Part shown: positions 10,484-22,248 of the stretch, piece by piece
Layout: the number at the start of each line of letters is the position of its first letter
Position numbering within the stretch: the stretch's first letter is position 1
From: Fimicolochytrium jonesii
Taxonomy: Eukaryota
NCBI RefSeq assembly: GCF_025526975.1
Contig: NW_026515678.1
Location: 124,001-188,000, forward strand
Direction of reading: 5' to 3'
DNA length: 64,000 bases
Position numbers and translations under genes: made by a program
Notes under the pieces: generated by a model
The model's input: the letters and a program-made list of their open reading frames with translations, nothing else
Databases searched by the model: none
Told to the model about the DNA's origin: nothing

Positions 10484-13400
10484 TCAAAGCTTGGACTTCG
10501 GGGCCGCGAGTTGCAGCACGCCCTCCAGTTTTCTATGTGAAAAGGAAGGTCGTTGAGTACACGCGAGCAAAAGCTGTACTGAACAGCATAACAGAACACT
10601 TACGTCGCAAGAGCCATGTTGCCCTTAATCTTGATCTTCCCCGCCATGAACGCCTTCTGCGGCTTCAACTTCCCTGCAGCAAGCTCCACAAAGTCCTTAT
10701 CGGCAACGGTGACGGTCATATCGGCCTTCCCGGACGGTGGGGCACCCGCACCGACGCTGCCGGACCCGTTCTTCAGGTCGACGTACCACGACTGCTTCTT
10801 TCCCTCGGCGTTGGTGATGTCGAACGCAAACACGGACTTGACCTTCTTGACCTGCGCGGCCTTGGTGGTGTCGGGCGCGGCGTTCCATCCGGCTTGGATT
10901 TGCTGGAAGACTTTGGAGGAGACGAAGCCGGGGACGTTGATGTCGCTGCCTGAGGATGCAGGCGCGGCAGCGGGCTTGGCGGCCGCGGATGTCTCCTTCT
11001 TGGCTTCTGCGGGCTTGGCGGCGTCGCCACTGACGTTGTCAAAGTTGGCCTGCACGGCGGCGAAGGAGTCTTGGGTGCTAGTGGGGTAAGTAGCGCGGCC
11101 GTCCTCGAAGTTGGTGATGTCAGACCACCGGGACGCGATGTGTTCGGGGAGGAGAGGCTTGTTGACGGGGAACCCGACGCCCCCAGTGCGTTGCCATCGG
11201 ACCTTGGCGATCCAGCATGATCCGACTTCGTAGACGCCAGCGGTGTCCTGGTTGGACTCGTGGACGAGCTTTCCGACCAGTGGAGCCACGTAATCGGGCT
11301 TCAACATCTCGACGATCTCGGCGGGCATGACGGTGGCGGTCATACGGGTACCCGCGTTGGGAGCAATGGTGTTGACGACGATGTTCGATCGCTGGCCCTC
11401 AAGGGCAAGGGTGTTGGAGAAAGCGACGATACCGGCCTTGGCGGCGGAGTAGTTGGCTTGGCCAAAGTTTCCGTACAAACCGACAGCTGAGGTGGTGTTG
11501 ATGATACGACCGTATTTTTGCTTGAGCATATGGGGCCACGCAGCCTTGGTGACTTTGTAGGTTCCGCGGAGGTGAACACGGTGGACCAAGTCCCAGTCGT
11601 TGTCGGTCATCCTGGCAAAGGATTTGTCGCGGAGAATACCCGCATTGTTCACGACAATGTCGATGCGACCGAAGGCGTCGAGAGCGGTCTGCACCACCTT
11701 GTCGCCATCTTCCACAGAGTCGTGATTCGACACCGCCTTCCCTCCGAAAGCCTTGATCTCCTCCACAACTTTGTCTGCGGGGGAAGCCTCGCCGCCCTCG
11801 CCCTTGGTCCCAGTTCCGAGATCGTTCACAACCACGGAAGCCCCAAGCTATCGTGAAGGAATATGCGTCTTGAGTAACCACTTCGCGTACTACGAAGAAA
11901 ACATAGACTGCTCACCTTGGCGAGAAGAATGGCGTGTGCCCTTCCAAGCCCGTTTCCAGCACCCGTGACGATGGCGACCTTTCCGTCGAAACGTAAATCA
12001 CCTGCAGTAGGGTTGTTCTGCAGGGACTTGGCCTCCTCCAAAAGCCCGACCCAGTCCGTGTCCATGATAGACTCGGGGTACGCAGGCTTGTCGAACTTCG
12101 TGATCTGATCCCACTTGGCAGTGACGGCCCCAGGGGTGAAGGTCTGATCGGCCTTGAAGACTGCTCCGCGCGACCTCTCCCATCGGAGCTTCGCGATGAA
12201 ACCAGCTCCAACTTCGAAGATGGAACCAGTCTCCTCAGTAGACTCGTGAGTCAAGTACGCAACGAGGGGAACAACAAATTCGGGCTTCAATGCGGCAAGC
12301 ATGTCCGGGGGGAGGACCGTCTCGGTCATACGAGACGCGGCAAGAGGTGCGATGGTGTTGACACGAATGTTCTTCTTGGCGCCTTCGCGGGCCAAAGAGT
12401 TTGAGAATCCAAAAAGAGCCAATTTCGCTGCAAAAAGGGGATATAGTTAGGCGGCCGTCCGGAAGCAATTGCGAAAAAGCACACAGAAAGCTCACCAGCC
12501 GCGTAGTTGGCTTGACCGAAGTTTCCGTAGATGCCGGCGGCGGATGCCGTGTTGATAATGCTAGAAGTGGGGGGATTTAATTTCGGGAAGGGCGACGTAT
12601 GCCATGTAACCAATATGTACGGTAATCTCTCTTTCGTACCGTCCGTAGCCTTGCTTCTGCATGTGTTCCCAGGCGGCTTTCGCCACCTTGTATGAGCCCC
12701 TGACGTGCACACGTTGGACAAGGTCCCAGTCGGCATCGGTCATACGGGCGAAGGACTTGTCGCGCAAGATACTGCGGGTTTGACACAGATGTAGGAAGTC
12801 AGGTATCGTTCCCAGTGGCACAAGAGAAGAGGCCAGTTCACGCAAAATCATACCCAGCGTTGTTGATAACGACATCAATGCGGCCAAAAGCATCCAGTGC
12901 AGTTTGGACGATCTTCTCACCGTCCTCTACGGAGTCGTAGTTGGCAACAGCCTTTCCTCCGGCCTTTTTGATCTCATCGACGACAATGTCAGCGGCCTGA
13001 ATGTGAGGAAAGTACAAATACGTAAATCAGCTCGTTGAACGAGATAAAATTGCAGCTTTTTGCCTTGTGGCTTCCATACCTTGTGGTTGCCGCCCTCGTC
13101 ACCGGTTCTGCTCGATCCAAGATCGTTCACAACGACGGAAGCACCTATAATGATGATTTAGTCAATCTGGCGGACCGCGGGATTCCTCATAGGTATGGGA
13201 AAGATCCGGCAGGCAAGATGGGAACATCAAAAGGCATGCATTGCTATCCAAGGATGGAGAAACACACCTCGGGAAGCAAAGAATGTGGCGTACGCCTACA
13301 GATTCGAAGCGTGGGAAAATGCATCGTCAGTCCCGAAATCGCGAGAGTTTCACCTCAGCGAGCAGACTGCACCTTTCCAAGTCCTACAAGGAGAGGAAGA

Positions 13401-13521
13401 TGAGATGGTCGGTCAATATAACTGGATGAGCAAGCTGAGCTGAGCGTGCGACGCATCTTCACATACCTCCTCCAGCGCCGGTCACGATGACGACGCGGTT
13501 ATCGAAACGAAGGTCAGACAT
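10484..13521 (-). CDS. FOX2: Peroxisomal multifunctional beta-oxidation-like protein: two (3R)-hydroxyacyl-CoA dehydrogenase SDR domains plus SCP2, ending in PTS1 SKL; no hydratase domain
   Basis: Two copies of LRFD.r[51 protein letters not shown]2-like C-terminus ([52 protein letters not shown]). Last exon [15 protein letters not shown]. Confidence 0.9.
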
Positions 13522-14366
13522 TGATGAGAAATTTGGTTACTGTTTGCCGAGGAAAACGATACGTGGTTATGCTATGTGTGGTATTTGCGGGGACCAAAAA
13601 CGAGGAGCTGCGGGGTTGATCAGGGCAAGAGGGAGTCGGTGATGGGCGGGTCTTTATGGGGGGACGTTGAGACGACGGGGGGAGGAGCCGAGGCAAAACC
13701 GCCCGTGCGAAAAGTGTCACCAGTGGAGCAAACAGTCCGGACGCGAGGAGTCCCCGTGACGTGGGCTTTCACATGTCGCTCGCTGCGCCGGCGCCTTCCG
13801 GTATATATATAGTCGACCGCTGCGCTGGGAGTTAGGGTTACGCGTCCTCATGTTGGTTCGCTCAGCTTTTCATCTGGACGGCGGGCTCTCTGCCGTCGAC
13901 GATCCACTCCAACTCTCGGCCTACAGAATGATACCGCCCCTGATATGCCTTTGGCTCCAGGGGCTGACGGCAAATCTGGACATTTCCATACATGTGAGGA
14001 ACAAGTGCGTTAGCAGACTCTGCTACGACCTCGGATTCCCAGGGGATACGGCTGGAGGTTGGCCTATTGAAAAATGTGCGGGTTTTCGTGAGGAGAGATC
14101 GGCGGCTCCTTTTTCCGTGCAAGCGTGCTAGAAGGACGCTGGCACGGGAAAGTGATGCGGTACTGATGCAAGAACTTCCGGGTAGACAGCTTGTGCGTCT
14201 AGTAAGATAGCCATCGCTATTGTTGGCAGAGCGGGATGCCTCTCAAGACCGTAACATCCGCCGTCCGATCAGGTCGAATGTAAGCCTTGACCCTTGTTCA
14301 CACGCTCCAGGTGTTTCTCTATATACATGAACCTACAGTAAGTTTGTTGTCGACCATCATCGCTTA

Positions 14367-15212
14367 TCACACGCTGCAGATAACTTCGCCATGAATAAGC
14401 GTACACCACCCGTCCTCTTCGGCACCCCACCGCCGCCAAGCCTTAGCCGCCTCCTCCAAAGCCCCTTGATCACAGCACCCGCCCTCCAACGCCGTTTTCG
14501 CAAATGTGCTCTTCAACGTCCGCTCCGCCCACAAGCCCGACCACCAATCCCGCTCCTCCTTCGTCGCATAGCACCACGTCCCAGCGCCCAACTTCATGCG
14601 GGCGGGGTCGAACCCGGCCAGTCTCGCCCACGCGTGCAGCCGTCGTCCTGCGTTAGGCTCGCCGCCGTTGTGGCGGGCGACTCTGAGGTAGAGATCGAGC
14701 CAGGAGTTTATGCCGGGGACTTCGGGGTAGAATAGGGTGGCGCCCATGTCCACCTCCCGCGCTGCGACCAGACCCCCCGGTTTACATACGCGACGCATCT
14801 CCCGCAGGGCACTGACGGGGTCGCTGATATGCTGGAGGACCTGGTGTGCGTGCACCAGATCGAAGGAGGCATCGGCGAAAGGCAGATTGAAAACGTCCGC
14901 TACCTGAAAGTCCACGTTAGTCACCCGACGCTCAGCAGCATGAGCCCGTGCTTGATCCAGGATATCCTTTGCGCCCTCCGGCTCGATCCCAGTAACGTGT
15001 CCGCGTGGGACGTAGGTCGCGAGATCAACTGTGATGGTGCCGGGCCCGCAGCCGACGTCCAGCACGCGGAAATCGTTTTTGAGCTCCGGAATGAGGTAGC
15101 CGCAGGAGTTTTGGACGTTGCGCCAGCTGTGAGAGCGGAGGACTGAGGCGTGATGGCCGTGGGTGTAAGTTGCTGGCGAGGCGGTTGATGATGTGCTATT
15201 GGTGCCTGACAT
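14367..15212 (-). CDS. Class I SAM-dependent methyltransferase (UbiE/COQ5-like), intronless
   Basis: 281-aa ORF with VLDVGCGPGTIT (motif I), LPFADASFDLVHAHQVLQH, ALREMRRVCKPGG. Confidence 0.88.
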   Translation of the reverse strand: MSGTNSTSSTASPATYTHGHHASVLRSHSWRNVQNSCGYLIPELKNDFRVLDVGCGPGTITVDLATYVPRGHVTGIEPEGAKDILDQARAHAAERRVTNVDFQVADVFNLPFADASFDLVHAHQVLQHISDPVSALREMRRVCKPGGLVAAREVDMGATLFYPEVPGINSWLDLYLRVARHNGGEPNAGRRLHAWARLAGFDPARMKLGAGTWCYATKEERDWWSGLWAERTLKSTFAKTALEGGCCDQGALEEAAKAWRRWGAEEDGWCTLIHGEVICSV

Positions 15213-15609
15213 GGTGTGAAGAGTTGCGAAAGTGAATGGCGGAGAGCGTCGCCCAGGTACAGTAACTTCCTTCTGGAAACGTATCCTGAGTATCTTCCCG
15301 TTTGGTACGCAGGAGCTAGAGGACGCAGGGCCGTAAAGTGATGTCTGCTGAGCTGCTGAGCTGTTCTGGAGAGGGGAGGATGAGTCCGCGCGAAGCCCTC
15401 ACAGAACTCTATGGCCAACGCATCCTCAAAATTCAAGTCCTCCAATTGCAGATTTGCCCTCACACCCAGACCTTCTAGACCTTCTCCTTCACAGCTCCCT
15501 ACCTCGCACACTGTACATATATACATAGAGCGCAGAAGGGACAAGACCTTCTCATCATCTATTTTCCCATTCCACACCTCCCCTCACCCATTGCTGCACC
15601 CTCAACATA

Positions 15610-18047
15610 ATGAGCGACACAGAGATCACCGGAACCCGCCGGCGCCGCGACGACGACGAAGAAGAAGATCACACCACCGACTCCAAACGGCCAAAGCTAG
15701 ACGACGCCCCCCCTTCCCAAAACGGCAACGGGGACGCAGACGAATCCGACTCAGACGACGATGTCGGCCCCATGCCCGAATTACCACCCTCCTCCGACGA
15801 AGCAGCGACGACGGCGCCAAGGAAGAAAGTGCGGAAACTGAAGTATGAGAAGGTGTTTTTGGATAACTTGCCGTCGGCGGATATGTATGAGCGGAGTTTG
15901 ATGCACCGGGATGTTGTGAATTTCGTTGCTGTTACGTCGTAAGTCCGCTTTTGCCTTCAAAATAATCACCCTGTTCCTCCGTCTGGGGCAATTTCTCATC
16001 CCGTATTCACCACGTTTACGATGAACCAGAACGGACTTCCTGATAACAACATCGATTGACGGGCACGTCAAGTTCTGGAAAAAGACCGAGAAGGGAATAG
16101 AGTTCGTCAAACATTTCCGGGCGCACCTGGGCGCCATCGTCGCGATCGACACTAGCCATGATGGGACGCTGTTGGCGACGTGCGCGGTCGATAAGGGGTT
16201 GAAGATCTTTGATGTTGTCAATTTTGGTAGGGTTTCGAAGAGGATGTGGGGGTTTGGGGGAGTTGGGGGCTCGGTCTGAGGGAATACGAAATATGCTGAC
16301 GATGGTTGGGATGTGTTGCATTGATGACAGATATGATAAATATGAACAAGCTAGAGTACTTGCCGAACGCTGTGTGCTGGATGTACCAAAAGGGGCAGGC
16401 ACAGGCGCTTCTAGCATGGTACGTAGATTGACTGCGTTTCCCACTTCCGCGATTCGAGGAGCTCATACCATCGACATGTACCGCCCACAGCTCCGACCGC
16501 GAATCCTCATCAATATACCTATACGACGGCCGGGGAAGCAACGACCCCCTGAAAGTCATCACCAGCATCCATTCGAGCACCGTACATATCATGCGCTACA
16601 ACGCGTTCGCGGACGTGGTGGTCAGCGTGGATAGCGGGGGCATGGTGGAGTACTGGACGCCGGATTTGGAGGAAGGATTTAGGGCGCCGACGAAACCGGC
16701 TGTTGCTTGGGAATTTAAGAGTGATACGGATCTTTACGAGTTTAAGAAGGTGCGGGCGTAGGCGTTTGTTTTTGTGGAGCGAGGGAGATGAGGGAACAAA
16801 TGACTGAAATGAGGATCATTTGTTCGTACCCAGGCCAAATCAACACCAACCGGCCTCACATTCTCCGCTGACTTCCGCAAATTTGTCACCTTCGGCTTCG
16901 ACGACCGCCAAATCCGCATTTTCAACTTCACCACCGGCAAGCTGATCCGCAAATACGACGAGTCGCTCACCGTCGTCTCCGAGATGCAGCAAGCCGGGAC
17001 CGCCATCCACCGCCTCGACGACATGGAATTCGGCCGCCGCCTCGCCCTTGAACGCGAGATCGAGAAAATAAAAGGCGGCCAATCCGCAACCGTCAACGCC
17101 ATCTTTGACGAAACGGGCAATTTCGTCATCTACCCCACGCTGTTAGGAATAAAAGTGGTCAACATCACCACCAACAAAGTCGTCCGTCTGATCGGAAAAG
17201 CCGAAACACAACGCTTCATGAACCTCGCGCTGTACCAAGGCGCGCCCCGCAAAAAGGGCCTGATGACCCTCGAAATGGCCGCCTCGGATAACCCGGCGCT
17301 GAAAGAAACCGAGTCCACTGACCCGACGCTATTTGCCACGGCATATAAACGTAACCGCTTCTTCTGCTTCTCCCGCCGCGACGCCGACTCGGACGACTCG
17401 ACTGCCACATCGACGGGGCGAGACATCTTCAACGAGAAACCCTCCCGCGAGGAACAAACCGTCGCGGCATCCCAAACCAACCTCGCACGAACCCTCGGCT
17501 CCTCCGCCATCATCCACACCACCCACGGCGACATCCACCTCCGTCTCTTCCCCGAATACGCGCCGAAAGCGGTCGAGAATTTCGTCGGCCTGGCCAAAAA
17601 GGGGTACTACGAGAACGTGATCTTCCATCGGGTGATCAAAGGGTTCATGATCCAGACGGGGGATCCGTTGGGGGATGGGACCGGCGGGGAGAGTCTGTGG
17701 GGGAGTGATTTCGAGGATGAGTTCTCGAGGGCGGTGAAACATGATCGGCCGTATACGTTTAGCATGGCGAATGTGGGGCCGAATACGAATGGGAGTCAGT
17801 TTTTTATTACGACTGTTGCTACGGTATGTTTGGGGGGGGGAGGGGGTGCATGTTTGGCAAAAGGGTGGTGATTGATTCTGTTATTCTTCTCTTTCTTACT
17901 TTACAGCCCTGGCTGGATAACAAACACACCATCTTTGGCCGCGCGACTGGCGGTATGGATGTCATACAGCGCATCGAGCAGACAAAGACCGACAAGACCG
18001 ACAAGCCGTACGAGGATATCAGGATCCTTAGCATCGAGGTCAGGTAG
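15610..18047 (+). CDS. PPWD1: WD40-repeat cyclophilin (spliceosomal peptidyl-prolyl isomerase)
   Basis: [57 protein letters not shown], cyclophilin core [46 protein letters not shown]. Confidence 0.95.
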
Positions 18048-18242
18048 ATGAGGACTCTCCTTTGGCCGTAGATCTGGGATACCCCCCTTGATGTTGTTAG
18101 GTAGAGATATACTGTAACGATATCACATCAGGCGTAAGGTATTTCAAGAATGCTAAACATTTATAGCGGGATCAGGCGCTCAGTCTGAGTGGTATTCGGT
18201 GGTATTGCACCAAGTCTACGTAGAAAAAGTAAAAAAGAGTGT

Positions 18243-19553
18243 CTACTTCTTAAAAAACAAGTCCTTCAAGATCCTCGCCGTATCATGCGGCCCCTCAACC
18301 GCATGTCCCGTAACCCTCTCATGGGAATAAATCTCATAATCATTCCCGCCCTTGAACGTCTTATCACCGAAAAAGTGGATCGTGTCAAACGACTCGCCTT
18401 TGAGGTGGTTCAGGCAGTAGGTCTTGTCCCAGCCCGTGGGGAACACGTCGAAGGAGATTTGCCCGCCGATGGAGTAGGTGAGGGAGAGGTCGGAGAATTC
18501 CTTTTTGAGGGCTTCGACGAAGGTGGGGCGGATGTTGTGAGCTTTGTCGTAGATTTCGTATTCGTCGCGCTCAGGGTGGCTGCAGTTGCGCCCGATGGGG
18601 GAGACGTTGATCATGCCGTTGCGGAATTCGATGTGGGTTCCGCTGTGAGAGGAGGGGAGAGAGAGAGGTAGGTGGAGAAAGTGAGTGGCTTTGAACATGG
18701 TCGGGATGTTACGAATCCCCATCCCCAAACTCACCGCTTCTTTGGAATGTCGAGATCAGCGATGTAGTGCAAGATGAAGCTGTTGAGCTTCTTGTACTTT
18801 TCCTCGCCGATCCAGCCGATGAAACTCTGCGACGCGAGCTTCTGGCCCAAACGGTATGCGGTCAGACCGTTCTCCGAAAAGCAAAAGTCAAAGTCGTTGA
18901 TGCCTGGAAGGATGGAAAGCAGAAGTGAGTTTGAATGAGCGAAGCGATTGATGATTGGGCCCTTCAATCCATCACCAAACGACACCTTGCTCGCGCCGCT
19001 CGCGACAAGGATGTTGAGTTGCGGTGGGCGGAGCGTAGCTCGCTTCGCTCGCTAAAAGATCTGACGCTCGCGAACGCGTTCGCTCTGGTCTATCTATCGT
19101 CTCCCAGACCGAACCCACCCCAGTCGCTTCGCTCGCGCCACCTCCCTTCGCTCGTTGCAGTACAACACCAACGCTCGCTTCGCTCGCGGCTCCACTTCTT
19201 TGCCACCACTTTAGTAGTCGCCATCTAACTTACAGTCAGGCCCGAGCTGTTCGAGTTGCTTAGAGAGATCGCTCCCCCCCACAAACCCAATGACGACCTC
19301 CTTCCTTAGATCCTTGAGGAGTTGCTTCATTTCGGGGGTGATGCTCTGTTGGGGGCGTGTGAAATTTCAAGATCGTGAGAAAATGCGGTGCGCAGATTGA
19401 GGATCTGTGTGGATGAGGGGCGACTCCTGTCCAAAGCAGCTGCCCTCCCTAGTATCTTCGTCAGGATCATACCTTCCGAGCGGGGGTGATAGTGTCGTCG
19501 ACGTCGAACAAGACGAGGGTCTTTGGGTGGGTGCGGGGTCCAAAGTCTGTCAT
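18243..19553 (-). CDS. SEC53: Phosphomannomutase (HAD IIB family)
   Basis: [103 protein letters not shown]. Confidence 0.95.
19022..19192 (-). repeat. Intronic GCGAGCGAAGCGAGC-rich repeat, copy A (in PMM intron 18904-19233)
   Basis: Aligns by eye over ~110 nt with copy B (20288-20399) and over ~45 nt with copy C (21264-21309). Confidence 0.85.
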
Positions 19554-20047
19554 GGTTGCTGCTTTTGGTGGGCTTGAGGAACGAGGGAGGGAGGAGTACT
19601 GTATGTAGCTCTAGAGACGATGAATGCAAGTGAGAAGACGGCCAGAGAGCGTTGAGGACTGCGAACCTGTGACCTATATATACAGTACCTTTTGTGGTTG
19701 GGCTTTCGGGAATGAGTTTGGAGCCTCTTTGTTGGGAGCGTCTTTGTTGGGAGTGTGCCGTTGCGCCATCGATCACCGACGCGGCGCCTCCCACGTTCAA
19801 ATTCACAATCCATTTCCAGCTTTCATTTTCCAGGCGGCCCAAGAATCCCAACATGGCCTGCACATGCTTGCACACAAACCCTCTTAACCTGCACGCCACA
19901 CTTATAGAACGCCCCCCCAACCAAGGGTGCGCCACACTTCGCTCTATCCAGACCCCCCGTCTCCAATAGACTCGCCGCTCTCACAATGGCCTACCTTCCA
20001 CTCCGTCGTCCACTGCTCTTATCTCCACGCCGCGGCTTCCAAGTTCA

Positions 20048-22248
20048 ATGGCTTCCTCACTACACGCAGCACGCGGCCGCACGCGTCTTTTCACATGCGT
20101 CATTCTAGGCGTGCTCTTCGTTTCGAAGGGGCTTGGGGTTGGCGTGGGTGCAACTGCGACAGTCGGGCTGCGGCTGGGGCTGGAGGAGAGGGAGAGAGAC
20201 GTGTTGGTGCAGCAGCAGCAGCAGGGTAGGGATCCGAGCGATAGCGAGCCCAAACGCGAGCGGCGCCGCAGCGCAATGCGGCCATGCGAGCCGCTAGCGA
20301 AGCGAGCGTGGGTGTTGAACTGTAACGAGCGAAGTGAGGTGCAGGGTTGGTTCGGTCTGGGAGACCGATAGGTCGACCAAAGCGAACGCCTTCGCGAGCA
20401 ACAGCGTGCGGCGAGCGACAGCGAGCATCACATCTTTGCGAACGAAGCGAGCTGCGACCGAAGGGAGCGATCTGGTTCTGTTTAAGGCAACCTCGCTGGG
20501 CGAGTTTCAATCATCTCGTTCATGATTGATGGTCGATGGTTGATGGATTATGGTCGATGGTGGATGGACGATGCTTGATGACGGCTGCGCCGGTTTTAAT
20601 CATCTCGTTCACCTGCGCTGGTTTTAATCATCTCATTCTCATTTCGCCCAGGTTCAACCGACAGGCACAAAATTATTGAAAACGACGCACCACCACCGCC
20701 ACCAATACAACCACCGCCCATCGTACCACTACAAAGCAACTTCGAAGGCCTCGTCAACCCCTTCATCCCCAGCCCGCCACCTCCAGCACCAGCGCAGGAC
20801 GACAGCACCACCTCCCCTCAACTCCAACACCAAGCCCATTGCCTACCCCCACCCTGGGAGCGCAACCTAACAGAACACCCCGTCCTCGTCGTAGGCGGCG
20901 CAGGCAGCGGGTGGCCCCCATCCCCAGCAGAATGGGAACCGAAACAACCTTGCATCATTCCTTGTCTGCATACCAGCGATCAAACGTACATTGATCGGGC
21001 GGATGTCAGATTGTATGAGATTTTACTATCGAATTATCCGACATCGAAGGAGGGGTTGCCAAAGAGGAGTTGCGAACATCAGAAGTTTGCGCTGCTTTCG
21101 ATGGAGAGTGCTGATAATTATCCGTTTCTGAATGGTGAGCTGCGCGAGCGGAGCGAATCCACTGTTATACCGAGCATCAGCGAGGACGAACGCACGAGCG
21201 AAGCGAGTTCCCATTGCGTCAAAGGCGCAATACTCCCGTCACTGATGCTCTTAGCGAGCACCGGCGAGCGTCAAATCCTTGCGAGCGAAGCGAGCTGCTC
21301 CGCCCACCGACCCTCGCTAGCGCTCGGATACTGCTGTCGCGTCGTCCATCCAATTGATCCATTGCATATTGTCCATCACCCTCATATGTTGTCATTCTCA
21401 CTTTTCACTTTCCAGACGCCAAATCTGTCGGCTACGACATAACCATGGACTACCGTCTCACATCCGACGTCCCCATCCCCTACTACGGCATCTGCGACGT
21501 CCTCCGCCCCGTCGACACCACCATCCCCAAACACACCGACGTGCTCGCCTCCGCCTTCATATCCAACTGCGGGGCGCGGAATAACCGCAAGGAGGTCGTG
21601 GAGGAGCTGATGAAGTATATCAAAGTGGATAGCTTTGGGGCGTGTTTGCATAATCAGGTGGGTGGTGGGGTGATGCGGGTGGGGGTGTGGATGTAGGGTT
21701 TTGATGGTTTGGCTGCGTAGGATATACCGGATTATGCGATCGACCTCAACCCCTGGGACCAGAAGACGGCCGTGCTGAAGCGGTATAAGTTTAATCTGGC
21801 GTTTGAGAACTCGAATTCGGAGGATTGTGAGTTTCCGTTGTACACTTGTCTCGTTCGGGGGTGGCAAGTGTCTTTAACCACACCCCTCATTCATCTCTGC
21901 ACAGATGTAACCGAAAAATTCTACCAACCCCTCGAATCCGGCACTGTCCCTGTGTTCCTCGGCACCTCCTCCATCCCCCGCTTCGCCCCGCACCCCAGCT
22001 CCTACATCGACGCCTCGTCCTTTCCCTCCATCCGCGCCCTCGCGGACCACCTCCTCTACCTCGCTTCCAACGACACGGCCTACAACGCATATTTCGCGTA
22101 CAAGGACCCGGCGCATGAGCAGGCGGAGGAGTTTATGAGGGTTGCCGCTTTTCAGCAGGTGCATAGTAGTTGTAGGCTTTGTATGAAGGCGGCGGGGATG
22201 GATGTAGGGGATTATATCGCGATGAAGAAGGTTGTGCTGAGGGGGTAG
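20048..22248 (+). CDS. Alpha-1,3/4-fucosyltransferase (GT10), type II membrane topology
   Basis: N-terminal hydrophobic anchor and Pro-rich stem, then [60 protein letters not shown] (GT10 motif), GTVPVFLG. Confidence 0.9.
20288..20456 (+). repeat. Intronic GCGAGCGAAGCGAGC-rich repeat, copy B (in fucosyltransferase intron 20226-20651)
   Basis: gagccgctagcgaagcgagcgtgggtgttgaactgtaacgagcgaagtgaggtg...ggttcggtctgggagaccgataggtcgaccaaagcgaacgccttcgcgagc matches the reverse complement of 19066-19192. Confidence 0.85.
21140..21309 (+). repeat. Intronic GCGAGCGAAGCGAGC-rich repeat, copy C (in fucosyltransferase intron 21135-21415)
   Basis: gcgagcgtcaaatccttgcgagcgaagcgagctgctccgcccaccg (21264-21309) matches copy A gcgagcgtcagatcttttagcgagcgaagcgagctacgctccgcccaccg. 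Confidence 0.8.

Noticed and set aside
19022..20456. Copies A and B as terminal inverted repeats of one transposon
   Set aside because: They enclose the first exons of two intact host genes and no transposase, and a third related copy lies outside the pair.
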